Translations under genes and position numbers: made by a program
Part shown: positions 17,661 through 26,861 of the stretch, one piece after another
Numbering within the stretch: position 1 is the first letter of the stretch
How the letters are laid out: each line of letters begins with the position of its first letter
Notes under the pieces: model-generated
Told to the model about the DNA's origin: nothing
The model's database searches: none
What the model saw: the letters and a program-made list of their open reading frames with translations, nothing else
IMG/VR virus record: IMGVR_UViG_3300031949_000074
Coordinates: 1-44,747 of that record
Source of the DNA: a virus
Lineage: Duplodnaviria > Caudoviricetes
DNA: 44,747 nt
Strand: one strand, 5' to 3'

Positions 17661-20233
17661 ACATTCGGGCCAAACTCGACAAACTTGATGCTGACCTGAA
17701 CGGGGCGAAGAAAAAAGTCGAGGGCCTCGGCACCGACACCGAGCGCACGACCCGGCGCATGAACACGGCCTTCGACGGCACGGGCCGGCGAGTGCAAGCG
17801 CTCGGCTCTACCATCGGCGGGCTGGGGATGAAGCTCACTATCGCCGCGGCGGGACTAACCGCGCTGGCCGGCATCGCCGTCAAGAGTGCGATGGACGCGG
17901 TCGAGAGCGAAAACCTTTTCAGTGTCGCGCTGGGCGGCATGGCCGATGACGCGCGCAAATGGTCGGAACAGTACGCCAAGGCGCTACGCCTAGACCCCGT
18001 GGGCGTGCGTAAGGACCTGGCGATGCTCTATGCCATGACCAGCAGCATGGGGCTGGCCGAGGACGCCGCGCTCGATATGTCCGAGGGCGTGGTAGCGCTC
18101 ACGCGCGACATGGCATCGTTCTATGACCTGAGCTTTGAGCAGGCGATGCTCAAGGTTCGCGGCGGCCTAACCGGCGAATCCGAACCGCTCAAGCAACTCG
18201 GCATCATCGTTAACGAGACCACGGTCAAGCTCTGGGCGCAGAAGGCGGGCTGGATCGGCGTCGGGCAGGAACTGAGCGAGACCGGCAAGGTCGCGGCGCG
18301 CTACAACGTCATCCTGGAAGCCACGGCGGCGGCGCAAGGCGACCTATCGCGCACGGCGGATAGCCCGGCGAACAAACTCCGGGCACTGGGCGAGCAGGCG
18401 GAAATTGCCAAGCGCAAGCTGGGCGAGATGATCTTGCCCACGGTGAGCAATGGCCTAACCTGGCTGGTTGACACGGGTATCCCCACGGCGATGGATGCAA
18501 TCGACAATCTCACTGCCAGGTGGACGGAGATGAGCGAGGAGGGACAACGGCGCACAATCGAGGTTGCGCTGCTCTTCCTGGCATCCGGCCCGCTCATGCA
18601 GGGGCTGGGTATCAGCCTCAAGGGCGTGGGCATCCTGATTAGCGCGTTCGAGCGTATACCGGGGCGCGTCAAGTGGGCGATACTGGCGGCGGTGCCATTC
18701 CTCGAATGGGGCTACAACCTGCTCAAGGGTCTCAATGACATGGTGCTCGGCATTCGCGAGAACGTCGGGAGTGCGCTCGCATCCACACCTGGGTTTGAGG
18801 ACATTGGGCAGAACATCCTGGGCGATGTGGCTCAGTCAAGGGCATTGCAAGGGCCGGTCATCAATTGGGCCGACCAGATCATGAACAAGCCCACCGAATT
18901 GATGGGGGCTGCTGCCACTGCCGGCGCCGATGCGGCGTTTGACGCGCTCGATGCCAAGAGCCAGGAGATCATGAAGAACATCACCGGCGGGGGTGACTTC
19001 GGCAGTAAGGTCTGGCTGGCTAACCTGCAGAAGGTAAACGACGCGTACGGCGACATAGACGAGCAAACGGCCAGTACTACGGACGCTTATAAGAAAATGG
19101 AGAAGCCGCTCGATGCTGTGGGCGACGCAGGCGCGGACGCCGGGAAGCAAGCCGCTGCCGGCATGGACGAGGCTAGAGAGGCGATGCAGAAGCTCCGTTC
19201 GAGTGTATCCGGCACCATCAATGCACTGAAATCCCTGCGCGACGAACTGCGCGGCGAGGACATGGACGAGAACATCAAACGCCTGGAGGCGGGGATCGCC
19301 GACCCTAGCGGCCCGTGGCGTCACATGATTCCCGACTCCATCGCCATGATGAGCGCCGAGGATAAGGAGCGCTGGATTCAGGGGCAGCGCGAAGCATCCG
19401 AGAAAGCCAAGAAGCAGCGGGCTCAGGCCGCCAAAGCAGTAGAGGCTGTCACCGGCGGGATGGAGGACTTTGGCATTGACCGTCTCCCCACCATGGACGA
19501 GCTGACGCAGATCCTCAGCGCGGGCGGGATTACGCTCGACCCGAAGCTGCTGGAAGAGGCGCTCGCTAACGCCGGCAAAGAGTCGAGCTGGGATACCAGT
19601 ATCGGCGGCAAGGTCAAGCGGCTCTTCAATATCGGCTGGAATGCCAAGGAGGGCAAGTGGCTGGCAGGCGGCACTGATGTCGCTCCGGATGATGCCATCG
19701 CGGCCAGGTTCGGCGGCGGTGCAACAACCCCAGGCGGCGCTGCTGCTGCCGGCGACCTGAGGCCGCAAGGTGACGCGCTTGGTAAATCGTTCGCGAACGG
19801 CTTTCTCGGCCCGATCAACGAGATGGCGTCACGGGTCACGCTCGTCTTCCAGACCATGTTCGACAACGTTGGCGTGGCTATCGGAGAGGCCATCGCCGCC
19901 TATAACGCGAGCGTGGCGGGGCAGGCCAACCCCATGAACATGATTGCCATGCCGAAGATCAAGCCGTTTCAGCCCGTGCCGTCATTCGATACCGGCGGGC
20001 TGGTCACGCGCACGGGTCTGGCGCTGGTGCATGCGGGCGAGCCGATTCTGCCCGCAGGGAAGGCAGCATTGGGCAGTATCACCATTAGCCACCTAACCGT
20101 CAACGCGAGTGGCGCTAGCGAGGGCCGCGCCGCCGGGGCCGCCTTTGTGGACACCATCAACGCGGCACTGGGCGGCAAGGTGCAAAAGCGCACCATCATG
20201 GGCAACGCCGGATTAAGCGCGGGGAGGGCCTAA
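17618..20233 (+). CDS. Tape measure protein
   Basis: 871-aa helical protein; LGTAKVDIRA, GLTGESEPLKQLGI, AQGDLSRTADSPANKLR, FDTGGLV...ALVHAGEPILP. Confidence 0.92.
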   Translation: MAGEESKTLGTAKVDIRAKLDKLDADLNGAKKKVEGLGTDTERTTRRMNTAFDGTGRRVQALGSTIGGLGMKLTIAAAGLTALAGIAVKSAMDAVESENLFSVALGGMADDARKWSEQYAKALRLDPVGVRKDLAMLYAMTSSMGLAEDAALDMSEGVVALTRDMASFYDLSFEQAMLKVRGGLTGESEPLKQLGIIVNETTVKLWAQKAGWIGVGQELSETGKVAARYNVILEATAAAQGDLSRTADSPANKLRALGEQAEIAKRKLGEMILPTVSNGLTWLVDTGIPTAMDAIDNLTARWTEMSEEGQRRTIEVALLFLASGPLMQGLGISLKGVGILISAFERIPGRVKWAILAAVPFLEWGYNLLKGLNDMVLGIRENVGSALASTPGFEDIGQNILGDVAQSRALQGPVINWADQIMNKPTELMGAAATAGADAAFDALDAKSQEIMKNITGGGDFGSKVWLANLQKVNDAYGDIDEQTASTTDAYKKMEKPLDAVGDAGADAGKQAAAGMDEAREAMQKLRSSVSGTINALKSLRDELRGEDMDENIKRLEAGIADPSGPWRHMIPDSIAMMSAEDKERWIQGQREASEKAKKQRAQAAKAVEAVTGGMEDFGIDRLPTMDELTQILSAGGITLDPKLLEEALANAGKESSWDTSIGGKVKRLFNIGWNAKEGKWLAGGTDVAPDDAIAARFGGGATTPGGAAAAGDLRPQGDALGKSFANGFLGPINEMASRVTLVFQTMFDNVGVAIGEAIAAYNASVAGQANPMNMIAMPKIKPFQPVPSFDTGGLVTRTGLALVHAGEPILPAGKAALGSITISHLTVNASGASEGRAAGAAFVDTINAALGGKVQKRTIMGNAGLSAGRA

Positions 20234-20234
20234 C

Positions 20235-22802
20235 ATGCCACTTGCCATCTGCACCAGTCGGAGCCTGGCGCCGGTTATGTCAGGCGGCGTCTCACGCGTG
20301 GGCATGCTGGGCCGTTACTACCAGCACGGGCGCGCGGGATTGCAAACGGGCGAGGCCGTCACCAACCTGGTTATCAATCCCTCGTTCGAGGTGGGGCTGA
20401 CCGGTTGGACGGAGAGTATCAGCGCCACTGGCACGAGCGCGCGCAGCGATGAGCAGGCGCATGTCGGTTTCGGCTCGCTCAAACTCGTGATGACGGACGC
20501 GGGCGCGGCGGGGCAGCAGGTGGCGCGCATCCTCACCACCGCTATCGCGGTTTCGGCGGAGACACCCTACACAGTCCAAGCCGAGGCTTACATCCCGCAG
20601 CTCGGCGGCTCGTGCGTCTGGCAGGTAGGCGTCAACTGGTACACCGCGGGCGATGTGCTCATCTCGACTGATATCATTGCCGTCTCAGCGTCCAACGACG
20701 GATTCGCCCGCGCGGGCGACACGTTCACATCCCCGGCGACAACGGCCAAAGCCGCCGTGTGGACGCGGCTCTATGCGGGCGCGGCGGACGACACCGGCAT
20801 CGCCTATGTGGATTGCGTGCAGTTCGATGTCGAGGTCTATCTGACGCCCTACTGCGACGGCGACCAACCCGGCTGCTCCTGGAGCGGCACGGCGCACGAG
20901 ACCACCAGCAGCCGCACGGCCCCCGCGTTGTACTATGCGACCGAGGCAATTGGTGACAGCGGTCGCTTCACAACGCTGTTTCGCACGCCGCCGGAGATGG
21001 TCAACGCGCGCGGTTACTGGTTCACCATCGCCTCGCTATGGGACGGCAGCACCGGCGCGAGCCGCCTGGATATCTACCTGAACTATAGCACCGGCAACGA
21101 GGGCCAGGTGGATTTCGCTTTCTATGATGCGGCGGCGAATCTGCTGGGCGGCGAGAGCACGGCGCAACTGAGCGCCGATACCGACTACTGGCTGTTCGCG
21201 AGTTGGGATCGTACCAGCGGCACACAGACAGAGTTGACCATCGACGTCGCGGCGGCGGGCGCTACCGCCGTAACCAATATCTACTCGGCTACCGTCACGG
21301 GTGTGCGCCAGGCCGCCGACATGCGGATGTACATCGGCACGCACGGCGTGGATACCGCACGGTCACTGAACGGCACGGTTTGGTGGGGGGAAATCGGCAC
21401 TGCCGCGTTCAGCGCCGATGAGAAGGCGGCCATCATTGAGCAGGCCGCTGAACCGCCTTACACCGGCACGCGATACTACTGCGGCTGCTGGGAGGGGTAT
21501 GACGCCGAGGAGTTGAGCGAGGCGGTATACATGGGCGGCGCTCCGCTGCGCTACCGCATCGCCGCTGATGGTTATGAGCCCGCGCCATTGGAGACCAGTG
21601 ACGACCCCAAGCGTCTGGCGGATATCACCGAGAGCGTGCCCTTGCATTTGATCTGCGACAGCAAGGCCGATCTAGATGAACGCATGGCAGCCATCGAGCG
21701 TATTCTCGGCGATGCGCGAGACGGGCGGGCCGCGTGGTGGTATGTCCAACCGGCCAACGGGCGGCAGTTGCGCGCCAAACTGCGGGGCGGGTCACTGGCG
21801 CGGGGCGAGAGTTGGGACAGTCTGCTGCGCGACCAGTATCTGGTGCGCGCGGCGGAACTGCTCGTCACCCACGAGCCACTCTATCGCGGCCAGGAGCTGC
21901 AACTATGCGAGGGGCGCGCCGTCACCAACTACTCGGCCACCGCGCTCACCAGTCCCGTCCCGATCTACAACCCCGGCGACGAGGGAACGCCGCTGCGGTT
22001 GGTGTGGGAGAATCCTCTGCCGGCCAGCCAGGGGTGGGACCTGGTGCGCTACTCGATTGGGCGCAAGTACGGCACGCCTGGCCTGCCGCTCTACGACCTA
22101 AACGGCACGGCCCATGCGGGCGCACTGTCCGACGCGCACAACGCCGGGGCTGTGCTGAGTTCGGCCTACGGCTCGATTAACACTGCCGGAACCAGCGTCG
22201 TGGTTGACCACACGCCCCGCCGCTACCTTGTGTTCGCCAAGGTTGCCGCGGACAGCGTCGGCACGCCGTTCGACTTCGCGATGTCCAGCTACAACGGCTC
22301 GGATGCTCGCGCCCGGATAGGCCATGAGACCACGGGCATCACCCTGACCGGTGCCAATGCCCTACAGACCGTCGATCTGGGTGAGGCCATTATCCCCAGC
22401 GAGGGCGGCCGCTTTGGTGACGATACTCAAACGTTTACGCTCTATGTGCTGGCTAAGGTGGCCAGCGGGACGCCCACGATGGTGGTGGACTACATCCGGC
22501 TGATGCCGGTGGACGTTTACGGCGAGCTGGTAGTGGACACCGCCAATTTCGGGGCGGGCAACCCCTACCTGCTCTGGGACGGCGAGACCGGCCTGGTCAC
22601 GGGCATGGACAGCGGCTTTGACGATCCCTACCCGCTGAGCATCTCCAACGTTCGCGGTGATGCGCCCAAACTCGCGCCCGGCTGGAACAACCTCTGTGTA
22701 TGGGCGCACGATCCCGGCGAGGAAAACGAGCATGCCGTAACGCTGAAAATCTCTCGCAGCAGCTTCATCCCGCGCTACCGTAGCGTAAAGGGGGCCGTGT
22801 AA
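20235..22802 (+). CDS. Minor tail protein, probable distal tail protein with N-terminal carbohydrate-binding domains
   Basis: TNLVINPSFEVGLTGW (CBM4/9-like), lectin-like middle, Dit-like IYNPGDEGTP...LAPGWNNL...PRY end; follows the tape measure gene. Confidence 0.7.
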   Translation: MPLAICTSRSLAPVMSGGVSRVGMLGRYYQHGRAGLQTGEAVTNLVINPSFEVGLTGWTESISATGTSARSDEQAHVGFGSLKLVMTDAGAAGQQVARILTTAIAVSAETPYTVQAEAYIPQLGGSCVWQVGVNWYTAGDVLISTDIIAVSASNDGFARAGDTFTSPATTAKAAVWTRLYAGAADDTGIAYVDCVQFDVEVYLTPYCDGDQPGCSWSGTAHETTSSRTAPALYYATEAIGDSGRFTTLFRTPPEMVNARGYWFTIASLWDGSTGASRLDIYLNYSTGNEGQVDFAFYDAAANLLGGESTAQLSADTDYWLFASWDRTSGTQTELTIDVAAAGATAVTNIYSATVTGVRQAADMRMYIGTHGVDTARSLNGTVWWGEIGTAAFSADEKAAIIEQAAEPPYTGTRYYCGCWEGYDAEELSEAVYMGGAPLRYRIAADGYEPAPLETSDDPKRLADITESVPLHLICDSKADLDERMAAIERILGDARDGRAAWWYVQPANGRQLRAKLRGGSLARGESWDSLLRDQYLVRAAELLVTHEPLYRGQELQLCEGRAVTNYSATALTSPVPIYNPGDEGTPLRLVWENPLPASQGWDLVRYSIGRKYGTPGLPLYDLNGTAHAGALSDAHNAGAVLSSAYGSINTAGTSVVVDHTPRRYLVFAKVAADSVGTPFDFAMSSYNGSDARARIGHETTGITLTGANALQTVDLGEAIIPSEGGRFGDDTQTFTLYVLAKVASGTPTMVVDYIRLMPVDVYGELVVDTANFGAGNPYLLWDGETGLVTGMDSGFDDPYPLSISNVRGDAPKLAPGWNNLCVWAHDPGEENEHAVTLKISRSSFIPRYRSVKGAV

Positions 22803-23434
22803 TGCCAGCTTCCGCCTGGGTTCACCCTAACCTGATACGCGACATGCTCAAAGGCGACGTTGATATCGACACCCACGACATACGCGCGGCCCTGCTGGTG
22901 GATGCTCATACGCCCGACCGGGCCGACGACCGCTGGGATGACGTGGTGGCCGACGAGTGCTCCGGCGCGGGCTATACCGCTGACGGCGTGGCGGTTGCCA
23001 ACCTGGCCACCGTCACCACCCAGGCCAACTCGTGGGGCACGGCTTGGGCCGCCGCAACCGCCTATGCGGTGGGCGATATCGTCAAGCCCGTGGGCGGGGG
23101 CAACGGCCACGTCTATATCTGCGTGGTGGCAGGCACTTCCGATGATCCGACTGAGCCGACCTGGCCGACCGTCTCGCGCCAGATTGTGGCCGACAACGAT
23201 ATCACCTGGGCCGAGTTTGGGAGCGCGGTGGTTGGCTTCACCTGCGATCCGATTGTGTTTTCGGAGGTCACCGTCAGCGCGCGGTATGTCAAGATTTTCG
23301 ACCATGAAACGGCTGTCAATTCCACTTCGCCGCTGATGATTCACGTCGATCTGGGCAGCGAGCAGGTGACGGGCGGGGCTGACCTGACGGTGACGCCGGC
23401 CGCCATCGGCGCGGCGGTGGTGGGGGTGAGTTAG
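22802..23434 (+). CDS. Virion structural protein with inserted CBM5/12-like module
   Basis: DIDTHDIRAALL...GAGYTADG core interrupted by WAAATAYAVGDIVKP...HVYICVVAGTS...EPTWPT. Confidence 0.65.
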   Translation: MPASAWVHPNLIRDMLKGDVDIDTHDIRAALLVDAHTPDRADDRWDDVVADECSGAGYTADGVAVANLATVTTQANSWGTAWAAATAYAVGDIVKPVGGGNGHVYICVVAGTSDDPTEPTWPTVSRQIVADNDITWAEFGSAVVGFTCDPIVFSEVTVSARYVKIFDHETAVNSTSPLMIHVDLGSEQVTGGADLTVTPAAIGAAVVGVS

Positions 23435-23435
23435 C

Positions 23436-26243
23436 GTGGCCGACGTTTGGACGAACATAGTTGGCCCCAATCGGGGTAACACCGGCGATGAAACAGGATT
23501 GATTAGCGGCTTTGCCGTGGATGCCGCCTATATCGTGCAGGCGGGCGTTAGCGAGTACGGCGTCCGATGCTACAACGCGACCACGACGAAGGTTTACAAC
23601 ATACCATTATCGTGGTTCAGTGACGGACGTAATGGCACGACAGTCACAGGCAAATATGCGCTTGCCTGTGGTTGGTTCATGCCAAAAGCATGGCCATCAA
23701 TCAACTTCCGTTTCATGTCATTTCGCAACTACACCTCCGTCATGTTTGGCGTCTACCAAGGCACGACTGGCCTGCTTACGATTGACGGCAGCACCGGCCC
23801 CGCCAACTATCAGCTGGTACTCGACACATCGTATTTCTTCGAGTACTACGCGGATGCCCAGAACGATAGCCACATTTTCAAGCTCTACGACGGTGCGACT
23901 GGGACGCTGCTGGTAACGCTGACCAGCAATACGGCCATCGCTGCCGTGCTCAACTGCTTCGCGGCGGTGTCGGGCGGCGCGGGCGAGACGCTGGACTTCT
24001 ACGCCTGCGGCTTCCATTTCCAGGTGGATGCCACCAATGACGTAAGCCACGGCGACGGCACGTTGCGCAAGGTCACGCGCCATGACCTGACCGGCAACGG
24101 CACTGATACCGCCTGGTCTCAGGACTATCAGAGCGTTGACGACATCCCCGCCAAAACGGTCAATGATGCCAATAGCATCGGCACACAGAGCGCGGCTGAC
24201 GAGACGTTCTCAATCGAGACCTGCGCCAGTGCGGGCACAGGGGCCAATATCGCCGCCGTGGTGGTGAAAACTCTTTGCGACGAGAGTGGCGCGGCGGTGG
24301 CAACTCTGCATGGCGTGCGGGTGCGCTCCGGCGCGACGGTCGATGAGACTGACAGCTATGACGTGAGTATCAATGACACGCTGTTTGGCCGGTGCTACGC
24401 CACCGACCCGGCAACTAGTGCAGCGTGGACGGCGAACGGCCTAAATGCGCTGGAGGTCGGCGTGGGGCATGACAGCGCAATTGCCCAGTGGATACGCTGT
24501 TGCTCTGTGGTAGTCGAGGTGCTATGCGACGCAACACCACCCGACATCGGCATCGACGCGCCCGCCGCATTTGCCGGCGCCTTCGCCCCCGCCCCCACCG
24601 TCGCCCTCACCACCCACGCCGACGGCACACCCTCCGGGGGCGGCTCGATTTCCAGCCTCATGGCCCGCCGCACGAGCGGCCCCAGCGGCGCGCCGCCCAC
24701 GCTCAGCGTTATCGCCGCCAGCAGCTATACCGGGTCGGTGCTGACCGAGGACCTCACCCCGCGCCTGGTCGCCCCGCCCACGTTTGGCTCGAAGCTGCCC
24801 GGCGGATTCAACGTGTGCGAGTGCTCGCTCGTGTGCGAGCGCTGGGAGGCGCTACGCTGGCACCGTTGGCGCGAGAAACGCTGGTGGGTGAACGTCTACG
24901 ACAGCCTGGGCTTCTGTGCCTGGCAGGGCTGGCTGTGGGTTGCCCGCGTCACCGATACCGGCTGCGATATGACGGCCTATGGCGCCTGGCGGGTGCTATC
25001 CAGCGGCGACACGCCCTACAACCAATGGCTGAGCAACGACGTCTGGACAACCGCGTATTGGACGTTCCAGGAGGACGGCGGGGCGAACTACACCCAGGAC
25101 GCGGCCAAGAACATCGACGGCAACATGCAGATCACCTGCGGCGGCAACGGCGACGGCAACTGGGGGCAATGGTATCTGTCCGCCGTCTGGCCCTTCGGCG
25201 GCTACATCAACACGGTGATTTTCGAGGTGCACGAAGTGCCCGGTGGGGCCAACGCCGAGATTCAGATTATCTTCGGCACGGCGGGCTGGGCCGCCACCTA
25301 TACCGTGGCTTATGACAGCGGCACGGGAGTGGGTTGGCATACCGCCGTCCCGGACGCGCTCGACACCTATATGCTGGTGGCGGTCAAGCACATCACGACC
25401 GGGGCCGGGGCCCAGTCCGGCGAGCTGCAAATCCGTGGCACGGAGATCCTCACCGAGACGTCGCGCGACACCAGCGCCGTGGTGCTCGACGTGGTGAAGA
25501 AGGTCGGCGGCGTGATTCGCACCAGCGGTTACTACATCGCCACCAGCGGCGTCAGCATGCCGCACCCTCAGGTGTTCGACAGTGACCAGAAGGGCGGCGA
25601 CGTCATCCTGGAGATGTGCAAACTCGGCGACAGCAACGGCGTGCCCACCTACGCGGCGGTGTGGGAAGATCGTTATCTGCATTTCGGCCCCCGCAAAAGC
25701 GCCGTCACCTGGCGCACGCGGCTGTCCGAGCTGGTGCCCGGCTCGCTCACCCTGGCCTATGCCGACGAGGTGTGGATGTCGTGCTACGGCGTCTACACCA
25801 AACTCGATGGCACGACGGCGCGCACGAGTACCGCGAGTAACGCCACGCTGATCGCGCTCTATGGGGGGCTCAATCGCACCTATCCGCTGCGCGTCGAGTG
25901 CGAGGCCGACACCGATGCCGCGCGGCTGGCTCAAGCGGAGCAGGAGCGAGATACGTTCCAGGAGCTAAATGCGCATCCGGCGGTGCTCGCGGCGTTTGAT
26001 GTAGAGGGCCGGATCTGGGATGTGGCGGGCAACGAGCATCCGCTGTGGCACGTGCGGACGGGTGACATTCTGGAACTCGACGAGCTGAAGGACGAGACAT
26101 ACGATTCGTCGGTTTGCCCCGACGGACGGGCCTCGTTCCACCTCATCGAGGCGGTTTACGACGGGGCGGCGCGCGTGCTGCATATCAAGCCGGAGGGGCC
26201 GGGGGCCGACCTGGACGTACTGGTAGCCCAGGCGAGTTTGTGA
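23436..26243 (+). CDS. Large tail tip/baseplate protein with N-terminal receptor-binding-like domain
   Basis: 935 aa, last tail gene; beta-rich N-terminus, APAAFAGAFAPAPT linker, hub-like C-terminus (VWEDRYLHF, LWHVRTGDIL). Confidence 0.65.
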   Translation: MADVWTNIVGPNRGNTGDETGLISGFAVDAAYIVQAGVSEYGVRCYNATTTKVYNIPLSWFSDGRNGTTVTGKYALACGWFMPKAWPSINFRFMSFRNYTSVMFGVYQGTTGLLTIDGSTGPANYQLVLDTSYFFEYYADAQNDSHIFKLYDGATGTLLVTLTSNTAIAAVLNCFAAVSGGAGETLDFYACGFHFQVDATNDVSHGDGTLRKVTRHDLTGNGTDTAWSQDYQSVDDIPAKTVNDANSIGTQSAADETFSIETCASAGTGANIAAVVVKTLCDESGAAVATLHGVRVRSGATVDETDSYDVSINDTLFGRCYATDPATSAAWTANGLNALEVGVGHDSAIAQWIRCCSVVVEVLCDATPPDIGIDAPAAFAGAFAPAPTVALTTHADGTPSGGGSISSLMARRTSGPSGAPPTLSVIAASSYTGSVLTEDLTPRLVAPPTFGSKLPGGFNVCECSLVCERWEALRWHRWREKRWWVNVYDSLGFCAWQGWLWVARVTDTGCDMTAYGAWRVLSSGDTPYNQWLSNDVWTTAYWTFQEDGGANYTQDAAKNIDGNMQITCGGNGDGNWGQWYLSAVWPFGGYINTVIFEVHEVPGGANAEIQIIFGTAGWAATYTVAYDSGTGVGWHTAVPDALDTYMLVAVKHITTGAGAQSGELQIRGTEILTETSRDTSAVVLDVVKKVGGVIRTSGYYIATSGVSMPHPQVFDSDQKGGDVILEMCKLGDSNGVPTYAAVWEDRYLHFGPRKSAVTWRTRLSELVPGSLTLAYADEVWMSCYGVYTKLDGTTARTSTASNATLIALYGGLNRTYPLRVECEADTDAARLAQAEQERDTFQELNAHPAVLAAFDVEGRIWDVAGNEHPLWHVRTGDILELDELKDETYDSSVCPDGRASFHLIEAVYDGAARVLHIKPEGPGADLDVLVAQASL

Positions 26244-26256
26244 TGAGGGTGCTGCG

Positions 26257-26541
26257 ATGACGGATTCAGAACTGCATCAGGTAGAGTTGCAGATGATGGA
26301 GCTCAAGACGCGCTTCGAGGCGGCGCTGACGCTCATGGAGGTCGTGAGTGATCGGCTTGACGCGCACAACCAAAAGCACGACGGGGTCAACCTCTGCACC
26401 ACCGATTTGGATAAACGAGTGGGCATCCTGGAACTCAAAATGGGTGGGATCCAGTGGGTTGTGGGGGCGCTGGTACTGGCAACGCTAAGCATGATCGCGG
26501 CGGCGTTCTGGCAGAGCATCGCGCCGTACATCCGTCCGTGA
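26257..26541 (+). CDS. Coiled-coil plus C-terminal TM protein (holin/XhlA-like)
   Basis: Coiled coil then IQWVVGALVLATLSMIAAAFW; first gene of the lysis module. Confidence 0.6.
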   Translation: MTDSELHQVELQMMELKTRFEAALTLMEVVSDRLDAHNQKHDGVNLCTTDLDKRVGILELKMGGIQWVVGALVLATLSMIAAAFWQSIAPYIRP

Positions 26542-26549
26542 GGTGAAGG

Positions 26550-26861
26550 ATGACAACGCTGACGCTGGGCATGCGGACGTTGCTGGTCGGTGACATGTTC
26601 GGGCGATGGCGCCTGCGCGGGGGCCTCACCGTGCGGTTGCAGACTATCGAGGATGGGTGGCTGGCGGACACCATGGTGGGGCCGCTGGCGGAGTATGGCG
26701 TGGGGCCAACCGAGGATGACGCGGTAGCCGACCTGGTTAGCTCGTTGGGCGATCTGCTGACGTCGTATACGCGATATGCCGAGGAGCTACATCCGCATGC
26801 GTTGGCGGAGCTGACGGCGCTGCGTGAGTACGTGGAGGAGGTGAGCGATGCGGCTGAGTGA
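26550..26861 (+). CDS. HicB-like domain protein
   Basis: VRLQTIEDGWLA...EYGVGPTEDDAVADLVSSL resembles the HicB N-terminal GxTxEEAxxxL motif. Confidence 0.55.
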   Translation: MTTLTLGMRTLLVGDMFGRWRLRGGLTVRLQTIEDGWLADTMVGPLAEYGVGPTEDDAVADLVSSLGDLLTSYTRYAEELHPHALAELTALREYVEEVSDAAE

